The notes under the pieces were generated by a model. The model had not been told where the DNA came from, searched no databases, and was given only the letters and a program-made list of their open reading frames with translations. The position numbers and the translations under genes were made by a program. From a virus (Duplodnaviria; Caudoviricetes), in IMG/VR virus record IMGVR_UViG_3300032247_001523, positions 1-51,227 of that record: a stretch of DNA of 51,227 nucleotides; one strand, written 5' to 3'. This document shows positions 18,608-31,100 of this stretch, one piece after another (the stretch's first letter is position 1; each line of letters opens with the position of its first letter).

Positions 18608-19933
18608 TTATAGTATTATGGCTTCAATCAAATTGATCCCAGCATCTGGTGTATTCTCCAGAGCCACAGCAAATACTCGATCCCCATTACGTGCCGCAAC
18701 TGCCGCACCATTTGGTCCTGTGGTCAATTCTGTACCCTTGTTAACAATGCCCAACACAGATACCGGAATACGTCCTTTGAGTGCAACATACACACCGTCT
18801 ACCAAGCCGGCATTCATTTTAACTGCTGGGTTTGCGCTTATGGCTCCAATGGCCCGCATACCTGGCTGACATGCTGTCACTTCAGCAGATCCGCCTACTA
18901 CCATCACTGTGCCGGCTGGATAATCTGCGTCGGCCAAATATTTTTCTGCCAAGTCAGCATATAGTGCATGTACCGCAGTACCGTAAATGTTGTTCCACCA
19001 GTGTGTGCTGTCGCCTAGACTATATGTCAAATTGGCACTGGGCACAATGTTACTGTTAACACTACCTACGTTGATAGTGCCCTGTGCTGTGATATTCTGT
19101 GCGTAAACTGTGCTCCACCAATTGGTTGTACTACCCAAATTGTATGTTAGGTTGGCACTAGGAGTAACACTACCGCTTTGTACTGTGTTGGCCACCACTG
19201 ACCCGATATAACCTGTACCAAACCAATATGAAGAATTACCCAGGTTATATGTCAAATTTGCAGTGGGCAAAAGACTGCCACTAACACCACCGCCAACACT
19301 GATTGTGATATCTTGTGTACCGTCAAATGCCACGCCGTTGATGTTACGTGCAGTTTGTAATTTTGTAGCCGATGCGGCAATGCCATCAATACTGACGCCA
19401 GTCAAGGTCAATTGAGCACTTTGTCTGTTTAACGCAATACCTGTGGTACCTATGTATACTGTACTTTGTGCCAATACTGCTGCCGGAACAATACCCGATA
19501 ACTGTGCGGCATTCAAGTTTGTAATTTTACTGCCGTTTACTGCACCAATATTGGCAGACCATGTGCCAACAGTAACGTTGCCAACACCAATTATGTTTGG
19601 CTGGCTGGTAGTAAGTATTGTACCGTAAAAACCGCCACTGGCGGTAATGTTAACGCCAGATAAGTTATTGGATGCTGACACGTTGTAGGCATTGACGTTG
19701 CCTCCGAGCACAGCATCTGCTCCCACTGCCAACGCACCAACTGTAGCACCCGATGTTACTGTAATAGTGTTAAACGTACCCGACGTAATATTCAAGCTAG
19801 AAATAGAACCAAAATAGTTCTTTAAGGACAGTCCTGATATTTTCTGTGTTACGTTTGCGGTTTCAGCAGGAAAAAACGTAGTGTCAAGTACGCTAGTTTG
19901 GGTAGGTAATCCTGTGATGGTTATCTGTGACAT
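18608..19933 (-). CDS. Tail fibre-like protein with C-terminal YADLAE domain
   Basis: ATKLQTARNINGVAFDGTQDITI fibre motif; three P(S/T)ANLTY(N/S)LG repeats; YADLAEKY...KGRIPV C-terminus. Confidence 0.75.
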   Translation of the reverse strand: MSQITITGLPTQTSVLDTTFFPAETANVTQKISGLSLKNYFGSISSLNITSGTFNTITVTSGATVGALAVGADAVLGGNVNAYNVSASNNLSGVNITASGGFYGTILTTSQPNIIGVGNVTVGTWSANIGAVNGSKITNLNAAQLSGIVPAAVLAQSTVYIGTTGIALNRQSAQLTLTGVSIDGIAASATKLQTARNINGVAFDGTQDITISVGGGVSGSLLPTANLTYNLGNSSYWFGTGYIGSVVANTVQSGSVTPSANLTYNLGSTTNWWSTVYAQNITAQGTINVGSVNSNIVPSANLTYSLGDSTHWWNNIYGTAVHALYADLAEKYLADADYPAGTVMVVGGSAEVTACQPGMRAIGAISANPAVKMNAGLVDGVYVALKGRIPVSVLGIVNKGTELTTGPNGAAVAARNGDRVFAVALENTPDAGINLIEAIIL

Positions 19934-19963
19934 ATCGTGTTTTCCAATTTACTTGTATTTTTA

Positions 19964-19970
19964 TATTTAT
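19964..19970 (-). promoter_or_regulatory. Putative late promoter (ATAAATA)
   Basis: ATAAATA in the intergenic gap, 30 nt before the ATG at 19933. Confidence 0.65.
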
Positions 19971-19977
19971 CGCTCAT

Positions 19978-22104
19978 TTACACTTGACCTTTGATGAACA
20001 ATGCTTGAATAGTGTCTGACCCTTCTAGTCCGCGTCCGTCTGACACAGCACCAACATTGGCACCAGTTGTGATCAATTCGACGTTGCCTAATCCGGTTAC
20101 ATTGGCAATAAACAAGTGAGAATAATTGTCAATGAAGTTTTTCGGTGCATCAATTGGCTGATTTAGCCAAGTGGTTCTGTGTACCACATTGCCGCCTGGC
20201 AATAGCAGTCCTGAGCTAGAATCCAGTAGCAAAGTACCCACAGTGTGAGATGTTGCGGCACCTGTGCCGTCAACTCCTCTGCGAATTTGTCCCAGAACGT
20301 TATTTGCAGTATCAACGGTATAATATGTGATCTTTTCACCGTTGATATACACTACACCAGGAATTCCGTAAGCTGGATTTGGTGTGGTCAATGCTGCCGC
20401 ATTTGACACATGAATGTTAGCATCACTTAGTCCCAAATTGGCTGTTAGTACTACATTTGCAGTTGTATTGATTCGGTAATACTGTGGGAAAATATTGTAG
20501 TTGACATTGGCCTGCATGGTGATAACGTCTGTGGCATCGGCCCAGCTGTTGGCAGTCATGTTAGACTCAATGCGATAGCCAACAATGTCTGCATTACCGT
20601 GTATTTTGGTCAGCACAGTCATATTCAAGCTGTCGCGAATATATCCAGGTACCAGCTCTTCTGGTGCATGACTTGAATACTGATCAATGTAGGCGCCGCC
20701 GTCAACGTTGATATCTTCGGGACGCAGTCCAAGGTTGGTATCTTGGTAAGAACTGCTGATTGTGCTGTCAAAATATGCAGGATTATTGTAATCGTAATAT
20801 TCTAACTTTAAATTAGAGCCAAACGGAATATTTTCACTCTGACCGTTTAGAATCATTGCGTTGGCAGTGATGTCAACGATATTAAAATCTATACGCTGTG
20901 ATCTAACGCTGACTGGATAAATCCCAGCATATGGTACAGCGTTGCCAATGCTGCCGTAAACGTCAACCACACTCAGTCGTATGTTGCCCACATTGGCAAC
21001 ATTGCCAGCAGTGTCGTTCAGACTACGGATGTTTCCAGACTGCACAGTTATCACATTACCAGAGTATGTATCTGCCAGAACTGCCACATTCACTGAGCTA
21101 TTTTCTTGTGTCAAATACATCTGTACTTGGTTGGTTTGTCTGTTTGGACCGTAAACTGCAATAGGTCTGCTCAATGTAATCAATGTGATATCTTGGTTGG
21201 TAAGTCTGATTGGAGTTGATGGAGCATATCCAGTTTTAGTAAAGTCTAGCGAGTTGCCCCACGCCACAGCATTAGAAACTGTGACATGCAAGTTGGCACT
21301 TTGAGTTCTCACATAATCTGAAGTAAATGTTCCTCCGAACACGTTTCTAACAATGACCACATTACCGGTAGTTGGCAAGTAAACTGTAGAAGTAACTGTT
21401 TGTCCTGTTTGCTCTTGATATAAAACATTTCCAGGATACAGTGTAACAGGGCCAGTCAAGGTCAACTGAACAAATTCAGTGCTGTGCAGTGTGGCACCTG
21501 AAAAGTATAAATTGGCTGTAGTAATGCTTGAAGTATTGGCATTGAATCCAACTCCAGTTACTTTAACGCCTGGATAGTCAATTCCTTTTACCAATTTCTT
21601 CAGGTCACGTGCAGGCATGTTGCCAGCTGGCTGATAGTGTGCCCAAATACGTTGATTGGCCGACGACAATGTGCCGGCATCTACTAGATCAAAACTGTTG
21701 TAATCAAACTGTGCGCCTGTCACATTGGCAGTTGCACGGTATGCGGCCCCATCATGTACCACAATGGTGTTGGCAGTGTAAACAACATTGGCTTGCCAAT
21801 CTGTCAACGAATAATCGGCAGGTCTGACTGTGTTATAAGTTCGTGTCCCCCACTTGGTGGTATAAGAAACTGTGTCATAAATTACATTACCGTTGGCATA
21901 GGTGGCCGGTTGTGCAATGGTAGTACCGTAATCAATACGATCAAACTTCATGTGAGTTTCTACATTACGGATAGTATTGTAACTCTTGTTGTTTGTAACA
22001 GTGTATGAATTTACGTTGGTCACAGTCACATGTAGATTTGTATAGTCGGCAAAAATATAATCGCCAACGCCAAAAGTGCCAGTTGGGTTTACCACGGTGA
22101 TCAC
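19978..22104 (-). CDS. C-terminal part of the giant baseplate/tail protein (in frame with 22111..32610 across one TAG)
   Basis: Junction reads ACC AAT GTG TAG GGC AAT GTG ATC: same frame, only two codons between the stop and a GTG with a weak RBS. Confidence 0.7.
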   Translation of the reverse strand: MITVVNPTGTFGVGDYIFADYTNLHVTVTNVNSYTVTNNKSYNTIRNVETHMKFDRIDYGTTIAQPATYANGNVIYDTVSYTTKWGTRTYNTVRPADYSLTDWQANVVYTANTIVVHDGAAYRATANVTGAQFDYNSFDLVDAGTLSSANQRIWAHYQPAGNMPARDLKKLVKGIDYPGVKVTGVGFNANTSSITTANLYFSGATLHSTEFVQLTLTGPVTLYPGNVLYQEQTGQTVTSTVYLPTTGNVVIVRNVFGGTFTSDYVRTQSANLHVTVSNAVAWGNSLDFTKTGYAPSTPIRLTNQDITLITLSRPIAVYGPNRQTNQVQMYLTQENSSVNVAVLADTYSGNVITVQSGNIRSLNDTAGNVANVGNIRLSVVDVYGSIGNAVPYAGIYPVSVRSQRIDFNIVDITANAMILNGQSENIPFGSNLKLEYYDYNNPAYFDSTISSSYQDTNLGLRPEDINVDGGAYIDQYSSHAPEELVPGYIRDSLNMTVLTKIHGNADIVGYRIESNMTANSWADATDVITMQANVNYNIFPQYYRINTTANVVLTANLGLSDANIHVSNAAALTTPNPAYGIPGVVYINGEKITYYTVDTANNVLGQIRRGVDGTGAATSHTVGTLLLDSSSGLLLPGGNVVHRTTWLNQPIDAPKNFIDNYSHLFIANVTGLGNVELITTGANVGAVSDGRGLEGSDTIQALFIKGQV

Positions 22105-22110
22105 ATTGCC

Positions 22111-25100
22111 CTACACATTGGTATAAGACGACCCTTCCACATTTGTGTTGGGCTGGATGATTAGATTTGCAGTATAAACAGTTACGTTGCTTGATAAAGT
22201 TAATTCTTGAATGACTTCGGTTTCATTGTAGTATTCGTTGGCCAATCTTGCTGTGCCAATGGCGCCAGTACCAACACCGTTGATGAATATCGAAGGCGTT
22301 GATGTATATCCTGTGCCTGGCTTGACTACCACAAATTCCTTGATGGTACGTGTAGAAAGATCAACAATGGCTTGCACATTGGCTCCAGTGCCACCGCCAC
22401 CAATCACAGTGACAGCTGGTTCTAGGTAGTAACCAATACCGGCATTGCTGACAATTACATCTCTGATACCGTGCTTGTGATTCAAATTCCATTCACGATA
22501 TGCAAGATTATTAGACAATGTTGTACTGTCGTAGGTCTTGGTACCATCTGGGCTACGATAAGTCTTGGATCTTGCATCATATGCGGCCGGCAAATCAAAG
22601 TCGGTCACATCACCGCCAAACACGTCTGTGCCTTGATAGTCCAGCAGATACTCGCGCAAGCTGGTACGATAAGGTTTAACTTCGTCAATGTAGTTTACAT
22701 AGTAAGTTTGGTTGTCTTTGATGTAGTTGGGGAACTGCTCCAATTTACGCAACTGGTGTAACACACTGACAAAACTGGTTTTAACTGCCCAGTCCAGGCT
22801 TGGCTGTTCAGTCAACACATAGTTGATCATATAGAATACTAAAGAATTAAATTTGTCCTTTAGTGTATCTATAAAGATATACTGCTCCAGTGTGTCCAAA
22901 ATTATACGCATCTCTGTGCTATTGGCAGCACCGTCGGCATACAAGTTTGAATTAAACTGTATAGTACCGTTCTCAATGCCCACCAAGGTCTTGGCAGTGG
23001 CGCTGGTATAGCGATACACTTCAAACTGACCACGGCCGTTGTTTAGCACTTTGGCCACTTTGCCGGCAGCAAACTTGTACTTTTGTAAGTCTTTGGTTGT
23101 TGCAACCACATAGTCAGGTTTGACTGTTGGGTCGTATGTGCTGTCATACCAGTCAATTGTTGACCAGTAGAATGGAGTATAGTAACTTTGTTTGCGTGTC
23201 AAAGCAAATGTGGAACCATTGTACAAATAAATGGTCCATAAATTACTTTGGCTTTCGTCGTTGATGACCAAGAAATATTGTCCTGCACGGCCAGTCAAAT
23301 CCACATAGCCGAGTTCAAGTTTGGTATTAACTGTATAATCAAATCCTGTTGTAGGAACAGCTTCTGCAGAATATAGATTCTGAATATTAAATTCCTCAAC
23401 AATAGGAACTGTAACAAATACATTGTTACAGAACTCTACAAAGTTCTTAACTGCGGCCAGTCGGTTGACGAACACTGTTTGACGTGGACGCACATCAATG
23501 CCAATGCGAGATTGAATTGGTAGAGCAGGATCCGGCACAGGATTATTTTGTGCATCTATTCCAGCTAGACTGTCTTTGATCTTGTTCACAATGCGTGTGG
23601 GTACCAGACTGTTGCTGTTGCCTTCTTGCACCAATTGGTATTCGCTGTGAATAATATTTGTATTACGTATGGTATCATAGTGCATGTTCAACACTATGCT
23701 GTTACCTGTCAGCATATCAGTCACACCATGCAGGCTCACAGTATCCGATCTAAGAACTGCCGCATATGGAATTGCCTGTGCTTGCGGATTCAGGATCATG
23801 TCTTGTATTGTACTGACAGTGTTCAAGCGATTGGTTTTATCTGTGTCCACCGTGGTGCGGTCTTTGACCCAAAAGTAGTAGCGACTGCGTACCAACTTGG
23901 TACTTGTGTCAATGTAGCTTTCTACATTAAATGCTTCGTCGTTGGGATACTTAGGAACACCGTCCCCAGTGTACTCACTTGGCGGAACTGCACTTTCAAC
24001 CCATTCACATACTTCAACAATACTGCCTGGGAATGGGCGGCCCCAATGGGTTGATCTATAAGTCAAATTGCCTTGCTCGTAGTCGATATAACGAACGCTG
24101 TCAAGATTCCACCAAGTTTTGCCAACTTGGGTGGCACCCCAGTGATAGTCTGTGCTGACACTGACGTCCATGGTGTAATTATCTATGCCGGTTGCTGAAT
24201 TGTATACCGCTGGATCATAGTTGGTTTTATAATCGATGTCTTGTTCGGCTGCGCCTAGAATCTTGCCTTTGGCAGGATCAATGAAATCCAAATTGGTTAA
24301 AATAACCTGTGTGTTGGCATTGTAGACAAACATGCGTGTGACTGAATCAATGTCAACTTTTGGTTCTTGGTGTCTGATCACATCCCAGCCAACATTGCCT
24401 GAGAAGTTGTTGTATGTGTAGTATGTGCCAGCATTTCTAATTGGCACAGCACGACCATTGGCATCTTGAACCAGTTGTCCGTTGCCGTAAAATTGATAAT
24501 TGCCACTGTCGCCAGGAGCCCCAACCAACAATGTTTGTGCATTCATGGACATGCCAGCACCAAATTCGTCATTTGTACTCAGGCTGGTATTTTCTAGTTG
24601 CTGTACCAATACATATTGATCAAGTTCTGTTCCGGTCAAAGCACTGCCTACCAGTCCATACACATAGGCAACACCAGACCCGGCAATGGCACCATAGAAC
24701 GTGGTACTACCATTTTCAAACAGTGTGGTGATATTGTCAAATGTTGTGCCATTATAAGTGGTACCACCTGATGCACCAATTACCAGTGTACGACCATCGG
24801 CACTGCTGATAACTTGACTACCAAATTGGTCAACTTGATCCCGCGCCGGATGCTTTAGTGTTTGTCCCAGGCTGTAAACAGACAGTCCAAGGTCTCTCAA
24901 TGCTGTGCCCGGACCAGGTGTGATTACCAATCGGCTGTAAGATGTGCTCACGTTGCTGGTAATTGTTAATACATTGGCAAAATCAATTGCGGCACTAACA
25001 CCACTGATATTGGCAGAATTGATATCGGCTACCACATTGGCCACTGTGGTGCCAGTGAATGTAATTTTACGTCCGTTGATTCGGACACTGTCTCCCACTG

Positions 25101-28100
25101 TGACTGTGGGGCTGTAAACTGTGCTGGTAATTGTGCCGTATGCGGCACCTTGGTTTGTGTAACGATATACAACACCGCTGTGATATCCCGGCTCACTGTA
25201 TCCTGGACTGCTGATGTAAACATCGGCATCGTTGCCCGAAATGTGTGCGGCAATACCAAACATGGCACCACTGGTCGGTGTATCTGCTGTTATCTTTTCT
25301 AGCAATTGAAATTTGCTAGATTCAATGTTGATGATACTGCCATATGCTGGCACGTTGTTAACTGTGAACACAATGGCATTTGCGTTTGGTGCAGTCCAAT
25401 TGGTGTTGATGATGCCATTGACTGTGACTGGAGTTTCAGTTGACACCGGATACTGTGTTATATAAACATTACCATTGGCTCGGAATGTTTCAATACTGCG
25501 GTCATACACATAAACTGCACCTGCACCTGCAACACCATTGATTTGTTCGTATGGTGCGCTGATAATAGTTTGGCTGGCATCTGTTGTGGTTTTTATAGTC
25601 AGACCAAAGTTGGCTGTTATATTGCCCACAATGGTATTGGCCAAATTGTAGTAACCTGATGTGTTGGCCTGGTATACATATACATTGCCTGCAAACGGTG
25701 CACCAACCATTAGCCACTCACCGTCGGCGCTGGCGCTGATACTGCTACCAAATTTATCGCCGGTGGTGCTGTGTGTGATTGATTGACGCCACTGCATGGT
25801 GGTATTACCGTTATATGAATAAATGTGTACACGACCAGCTTCGGTTGAGCCGTCGCCTGGGTTGCCCACATACAACAAATTACCAGCTGTATCCAGGCTG
25901 GCACCGTACAGGGAAACACTACTGTGAGTTGCACCAAGATTGGCCACTGCTGTCAATGTATTGTGGTTGGCTGTGTTGGCCACAAATACTACGACATTGC
26001 CTCGGTTAAGATTTGGCATGCCGGCAGCGGCAAATGTTCCAGTGTTGTTAATTGCAGATACTGTGCCAAATCCTGAATAACTGGCATAGCCATTGCCCAA
26101 TTGCATACTGGGGTTAAACGGACTCAAGTTTGCAGACCAAGGTGTAGACTTGTTAAATACTGCCCACTGGCCATTTCCGGCATCGTCAACCCAAATTTTA
26201 TCGCTGTCGTGCCAACCAGTGGCTGGAGTAATGGTGTTAATATCGGTTGGCTGTGTTAATCGTACACTTTGCAAATGATATATCGGTGCTAGCCCTGTAA
26301 TCGTTTTGGCCTGTCGGATGGCTTCAAAATTCTGATAAAGAACAATCTCTACTCGGAAAGCATCAACAACATTGTATACTTGATATACTCCATCCACCCG
26401 TGGATCAAATCCTTTGATTACCAATAGATCTCCGTAACCCAGGTTGTGTGTTCGTGCCAGTGTTGCTGTACCGACGATGTCAATTGTGTAATCCAATTGT
26501 TTGATTTGGTTGCCAATATCAGTTACACGGAACACATTCCAATCACCTAGTGTGGCTTTGGCTGACCAGATTTTATATCCAGACTTCATTACATCTAGGT
26601 GTTGATTCAGTGATGCATAGTTGCCTGTGTCAAAAATTGTAGTGTCAACATCGTCTAGATAAACATACCCGGCCGAAGGAATATCATTGTTTACAACACT
26701 CTTGGCATCTCTATTTTTATAAATGTTGGGCTGGTAACCTGGACTGGTTTTGTATAACTTGTCAGGGGTAACACCAATCACTCGATCTGTGGCCACACCG
26801 TTATTGGGTAGCAATGTAAATGTCACAGGGTCGCTGTTAAATAACCCTTCGTTGAGTACAACCTCAACGTTTTTGTTGTTGTCCAGGGCACCATATTCAC
26901 CCACACGCATGGCCCACTCTTCGTACATGTTGATAGTAGAAGTAACTCCGTTAAAGCCTGCCGCCGTAAAGGCTTTGATAGCATTCAGTGTGCCTTTTTC
27001 TTTAATGAAGCCTTGATAGAATTTGACCTGTGTTTGTGTGTCAATACCAAAGTCTGTCAAATATTGACGTGGTCGGAATCCAATCAGTCCAAGACTGTAA
27101 CGATCAAAATTTCCTTCAACTTCTAGATTGTCGGGGTCGTTGAATCGTTTGAACTTTTCAGCATTGTAACTGAAGTTTGGCAATAGGCCTGTTTTGATTT
27201 CAGACGACGGAATTTGACGCCATTGACTAGGCTTGAACTCAATTGTGGCCGACAAGTCAGATGTGGCCGCATAGTACAAGTCTTTGTATATTACCAAGCT
27301 ACCCTTGGCATAATCGGTACCCGACACCCAATCAGCCACCCGAGGACTGTTGTAAATAAATCCAGGAGGATTTAAATTACCGGTCCAAGAGCCAGTCTTG
27401 CTGCCAATCAGTTTTAATCGATATTGTCTATTACCCAGCTCAGGTTTGTACACAATGTCATTGAAAACTGTTACATTGTCAAAAATCATCACATGTTCGT
27501 ATTCAACAATGTTAAACACTGCCAACGCAATGGTCTGCCCCAGATTGGCTTCAACACTGAATCTATTGTCGCTACGAACCACACTGAACTGTGTGTTCTT
27601 GATAACATTAAAGTTGATATCCAAGATACGTGTGGCGCCTGGTCTATTTTCAATAGCATCAACCACGCCAGACTTGGTGTTGACTACCAATCTGTTTAGC
27701 ACTGGGCTCAGCACTAGAATATTACCCGGTGCCCATCCTTGCTCGCTCCAGCCCAAGAATTCGCGCACACTCAATTTAAAATCTCGCTGTATTTGTAAAT
27801 CAGTGTCCATCTCGGTCATGGTAATACCACGAGCACGTAGGTGGCGCTCATAACTGATCAAGAAGTCGACCACTTGTTGTTTGTTGTTAAACTCATGACC
27901 GTACGGAACTGTGACTTTGTATTTTTGATAGTCTTTGTAGATCACTGCACGGCTGTTGCCAGATGTAATAGTATATGCCTGATTATTGGCCAGACTTGGA
28001 ATAATAGTAAAGTACGGATTGTCTACATCGTATCCGCTGACTGTGTATCCGTTTTCGCTTTTCTCAACAATCACAGCTGAATAAGTCACATTGGTAGTCG

Positions 28101-31100
28101 GGGTCGATTTGTGTAAATTGATGCTGTAGCTTTCGTTGGGCAACACAACACCTTGGTTGGTACTGGTTGGACTACTTTGTTCTGCAACCACTTCTACCAG
28201 AGTTTTGTCCGAGTATCCAGCCATTTTATATGCCAGCTGAACTTTCAGCTTGCTCAAATAGTTGTTAATTTTGGTATCAGGATCAACACCTTGACTGCGT
28301 AGATATTCTGCTACCCAATTGGTATATCCTGCAACACGAGCATTTGGTCCATTGATGGTAAAGGCCGCAGGAGTAATACGTTGTAGTGTGTCCGACAGCA
28401 CATATTGATCTAGGTCAGTGTTCTTGTAGTAACGCCCCACATTCATCAAGGTACCAAAATAAAATGCAGGATGACTCAATGCAATGGCACGTTGAACTGC
28501 ATAAGCATAATCACTACTACGGCGCCATGCTGTTTCTACAGGACCTTGATCGCCAACACCAAAACTGCCATTGGCTTGATTGCTGTTGAAGTTTTTGACC
28601 AAAAACTGCTCGGGGCTACGTAACAGTCCGTATTCGTCAACTGGCAATATCTTGCTCAAGCCCGGACGTGCAAAACGACTGTCTATGCCGGCACGATCTC
28701 CGCTGTAGATATAACCTTTCTCAAGATCAGTCCATAGTACACCGTTGCCGCCGGTGTAGGGCGCAGGGCCGTAACGATCTTGCCACCAGTCGGGTTGAAC
28801 AGTGAAGCCCAGCATTTCCCAAGGATGAGTGTGCGGTCTGTCAGTGTCAAAGAAAAATTTAAAAATGGCACGCCATGCACCAGGCAGTCTTTGACCATTT
28901 ACAGTATCAAAAAATCTCTTGTAGTTCCAGGTCCACGGATTGCCAGCTTCAAAATATGTGTTATTGGTAAAATCCACACGATTGCCACCCACCCAGCGCA
29001 AGAAACTCTTGGTCAAAAGTCTATCAAATTCTGCACGAACATAATCAGTCTTGCGGAACTTGCCTGGCAAGAAGTTGTACAAGTCAAACACGTTTTTGGC
29101 ATAATCAACTTTGATATTGTTGTAGATACGCAATTCAAATTCTAATAGAACATCGTCTCGGAAGTCACCAAACACTGGAGTAATTGATCCGTCGTGACCC
29201 TGAATTACTTCAACTGGGGTCTGATATGTGGTGTCAACAAATCTACTGGGAGTAAATTTGGGATATAGACCCAGCTTGGTCGGAGTTTCAGGTATGTAAT
29301 TACCGTCGGTATTTGAGTACTCGTTGATGATAATGGTGTCACCGGCCAACAACGGATAGGCTGAGTTGATTGTGATGCCGGCGCGAGTTGTATCAAACAC
29401 ATAATCAACGTCTTTGACCAATTGCTTGTTGTTTACATAAATCAGCACGGCTGTGTTGCTCAATGTGGTGCTTGAGAATATTGAGCTTATTTCATAATCT
29501 CTAATTTCCGCATTGATCACAGTATAGGTAATGGTATTTTTAATATCTCCGTATGGTACCATGTCTGAATAATACCAAGGAAATGTTTTATTTTTTACAG
29601 CATTGATATTTTTTAGTATGTTGTCTACTATGCCAGGAATGTTGGTCAAATCAATACTGGATAACTTGCTGGCAGTTTCTAGTATTTTGTTTTTGATCTT
29701 GCCATACTCGTGGCTGGCCAATTCCAGACCCTTGACAAAATTAACTTCAGGATCTACTAGAAATAGCTCACTGTAAATGACTGGGCTGGCATGCTGAATA
29801 ATACTGCCGCCCTGTCCTTTGACTTGTAAATCACGTAGGTTACTATCGCCGGGTACAACACCGGATACACGATTACTGTTGTTGGTCATTGTGACCAAGT
29901 GGTTACGTAATTGTCCCAGTGTCAGACTACTGAAGTTAACGTTCTCGGTATTCAGATCCAAGTTTTGCGGAATCTCATAATAGCCCAATTTGCTGACTGA
30001 GTCACTGTACACCAAGATATCAATTCTGTCACCTTTGGTCAGCACCGGACCGTCGGGGTTAGATGACGAGTAAGTTAGTATTTGTACAAATGTTTTTACA
30101 CCAACTGTTTTAATAGAGTAATACGTTGTTTGAAGGCTGTTGATATAAACACGGAAGTAAGGAATTGTACTTTCCGTGGCCGCAGTGATATCAATTTCAA
30201 AGAATACATTACGTCCATTGAATGTGTGACTGATAATTTGATTTTGGCGTGTTTTTTCTACATTTTTACGCCATACATTACGCAGGTTATATGCGGTCAG
30301 TCCGGTATTTTGACGCAATAGTTTATTGCCCAGGCCTTCAGTTTCAATGTTGTTGGTAAATTGAATATCGCCAATTTGATTAAAGTTACGATAACTCAAC
30401 GGAAATCCCAGCACCGAGTCTGCTGTGCCTGTGCCTCGGGTATAGCTAAAAATCTTGGTGCCAACAAACCCAGTGGGTGCAGTTCCGGTTTTGGTGTCAA
30501 CAACATTAAACAGTGGGTCGACCACTAGGCCATCGGCGCCCAATGTTTTTTGTTGCCCCACAACCCAACGGTACCCATCATACCAATATTGAACACCTTT
30601 GTTTGTGCCCTTGGTCACAATAATATTATTGTATGTGTTAACCGATGAATCATCAGCTGGTACCAGATTGATTTTGAATACCTGATTTCCAGTATTGGCA
30701 TCTATCAGAGAAATAACATCAACAACAAACACCTGATTGCGTACAGTTGGGTCTGTGTCGCTGGCAAAGATAATTCTTGTATCTTGTACCAGTGGCACAC
30801 CTTGCAACATGGCAGAAGTGGCATCCATTAATTCAATTGTGGATCTTGCATCAAGAACATCAAAGTCTAATATGTCCACCGGACGTTTGGCCAGGCGGCC
30901 AAAATTATGTAATTGTAAATTGGCTTCAAATTCTATAATAGGGCGGCTGGCACGTTGTGTCTGATTAAACAGTGGAATAGTATTGTTATACAATGCCGCG
31001 GCTTTGATAACATCAATGTGGAACCAACGATTGCTACGTGTCCAAGGGTTTAAATCTTGACTGGCGCGGTTAATGGTCACATAATCAGGGTTACTGTTGC

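Noticed and set aside
12345-19933. Diversity-generating retroelement or invertible fibre cassette
   Set aside because: No reverse transcriptase, invertase, adenine-specific template/variable repeat pair or flanking inverted repeats were seen in this window.
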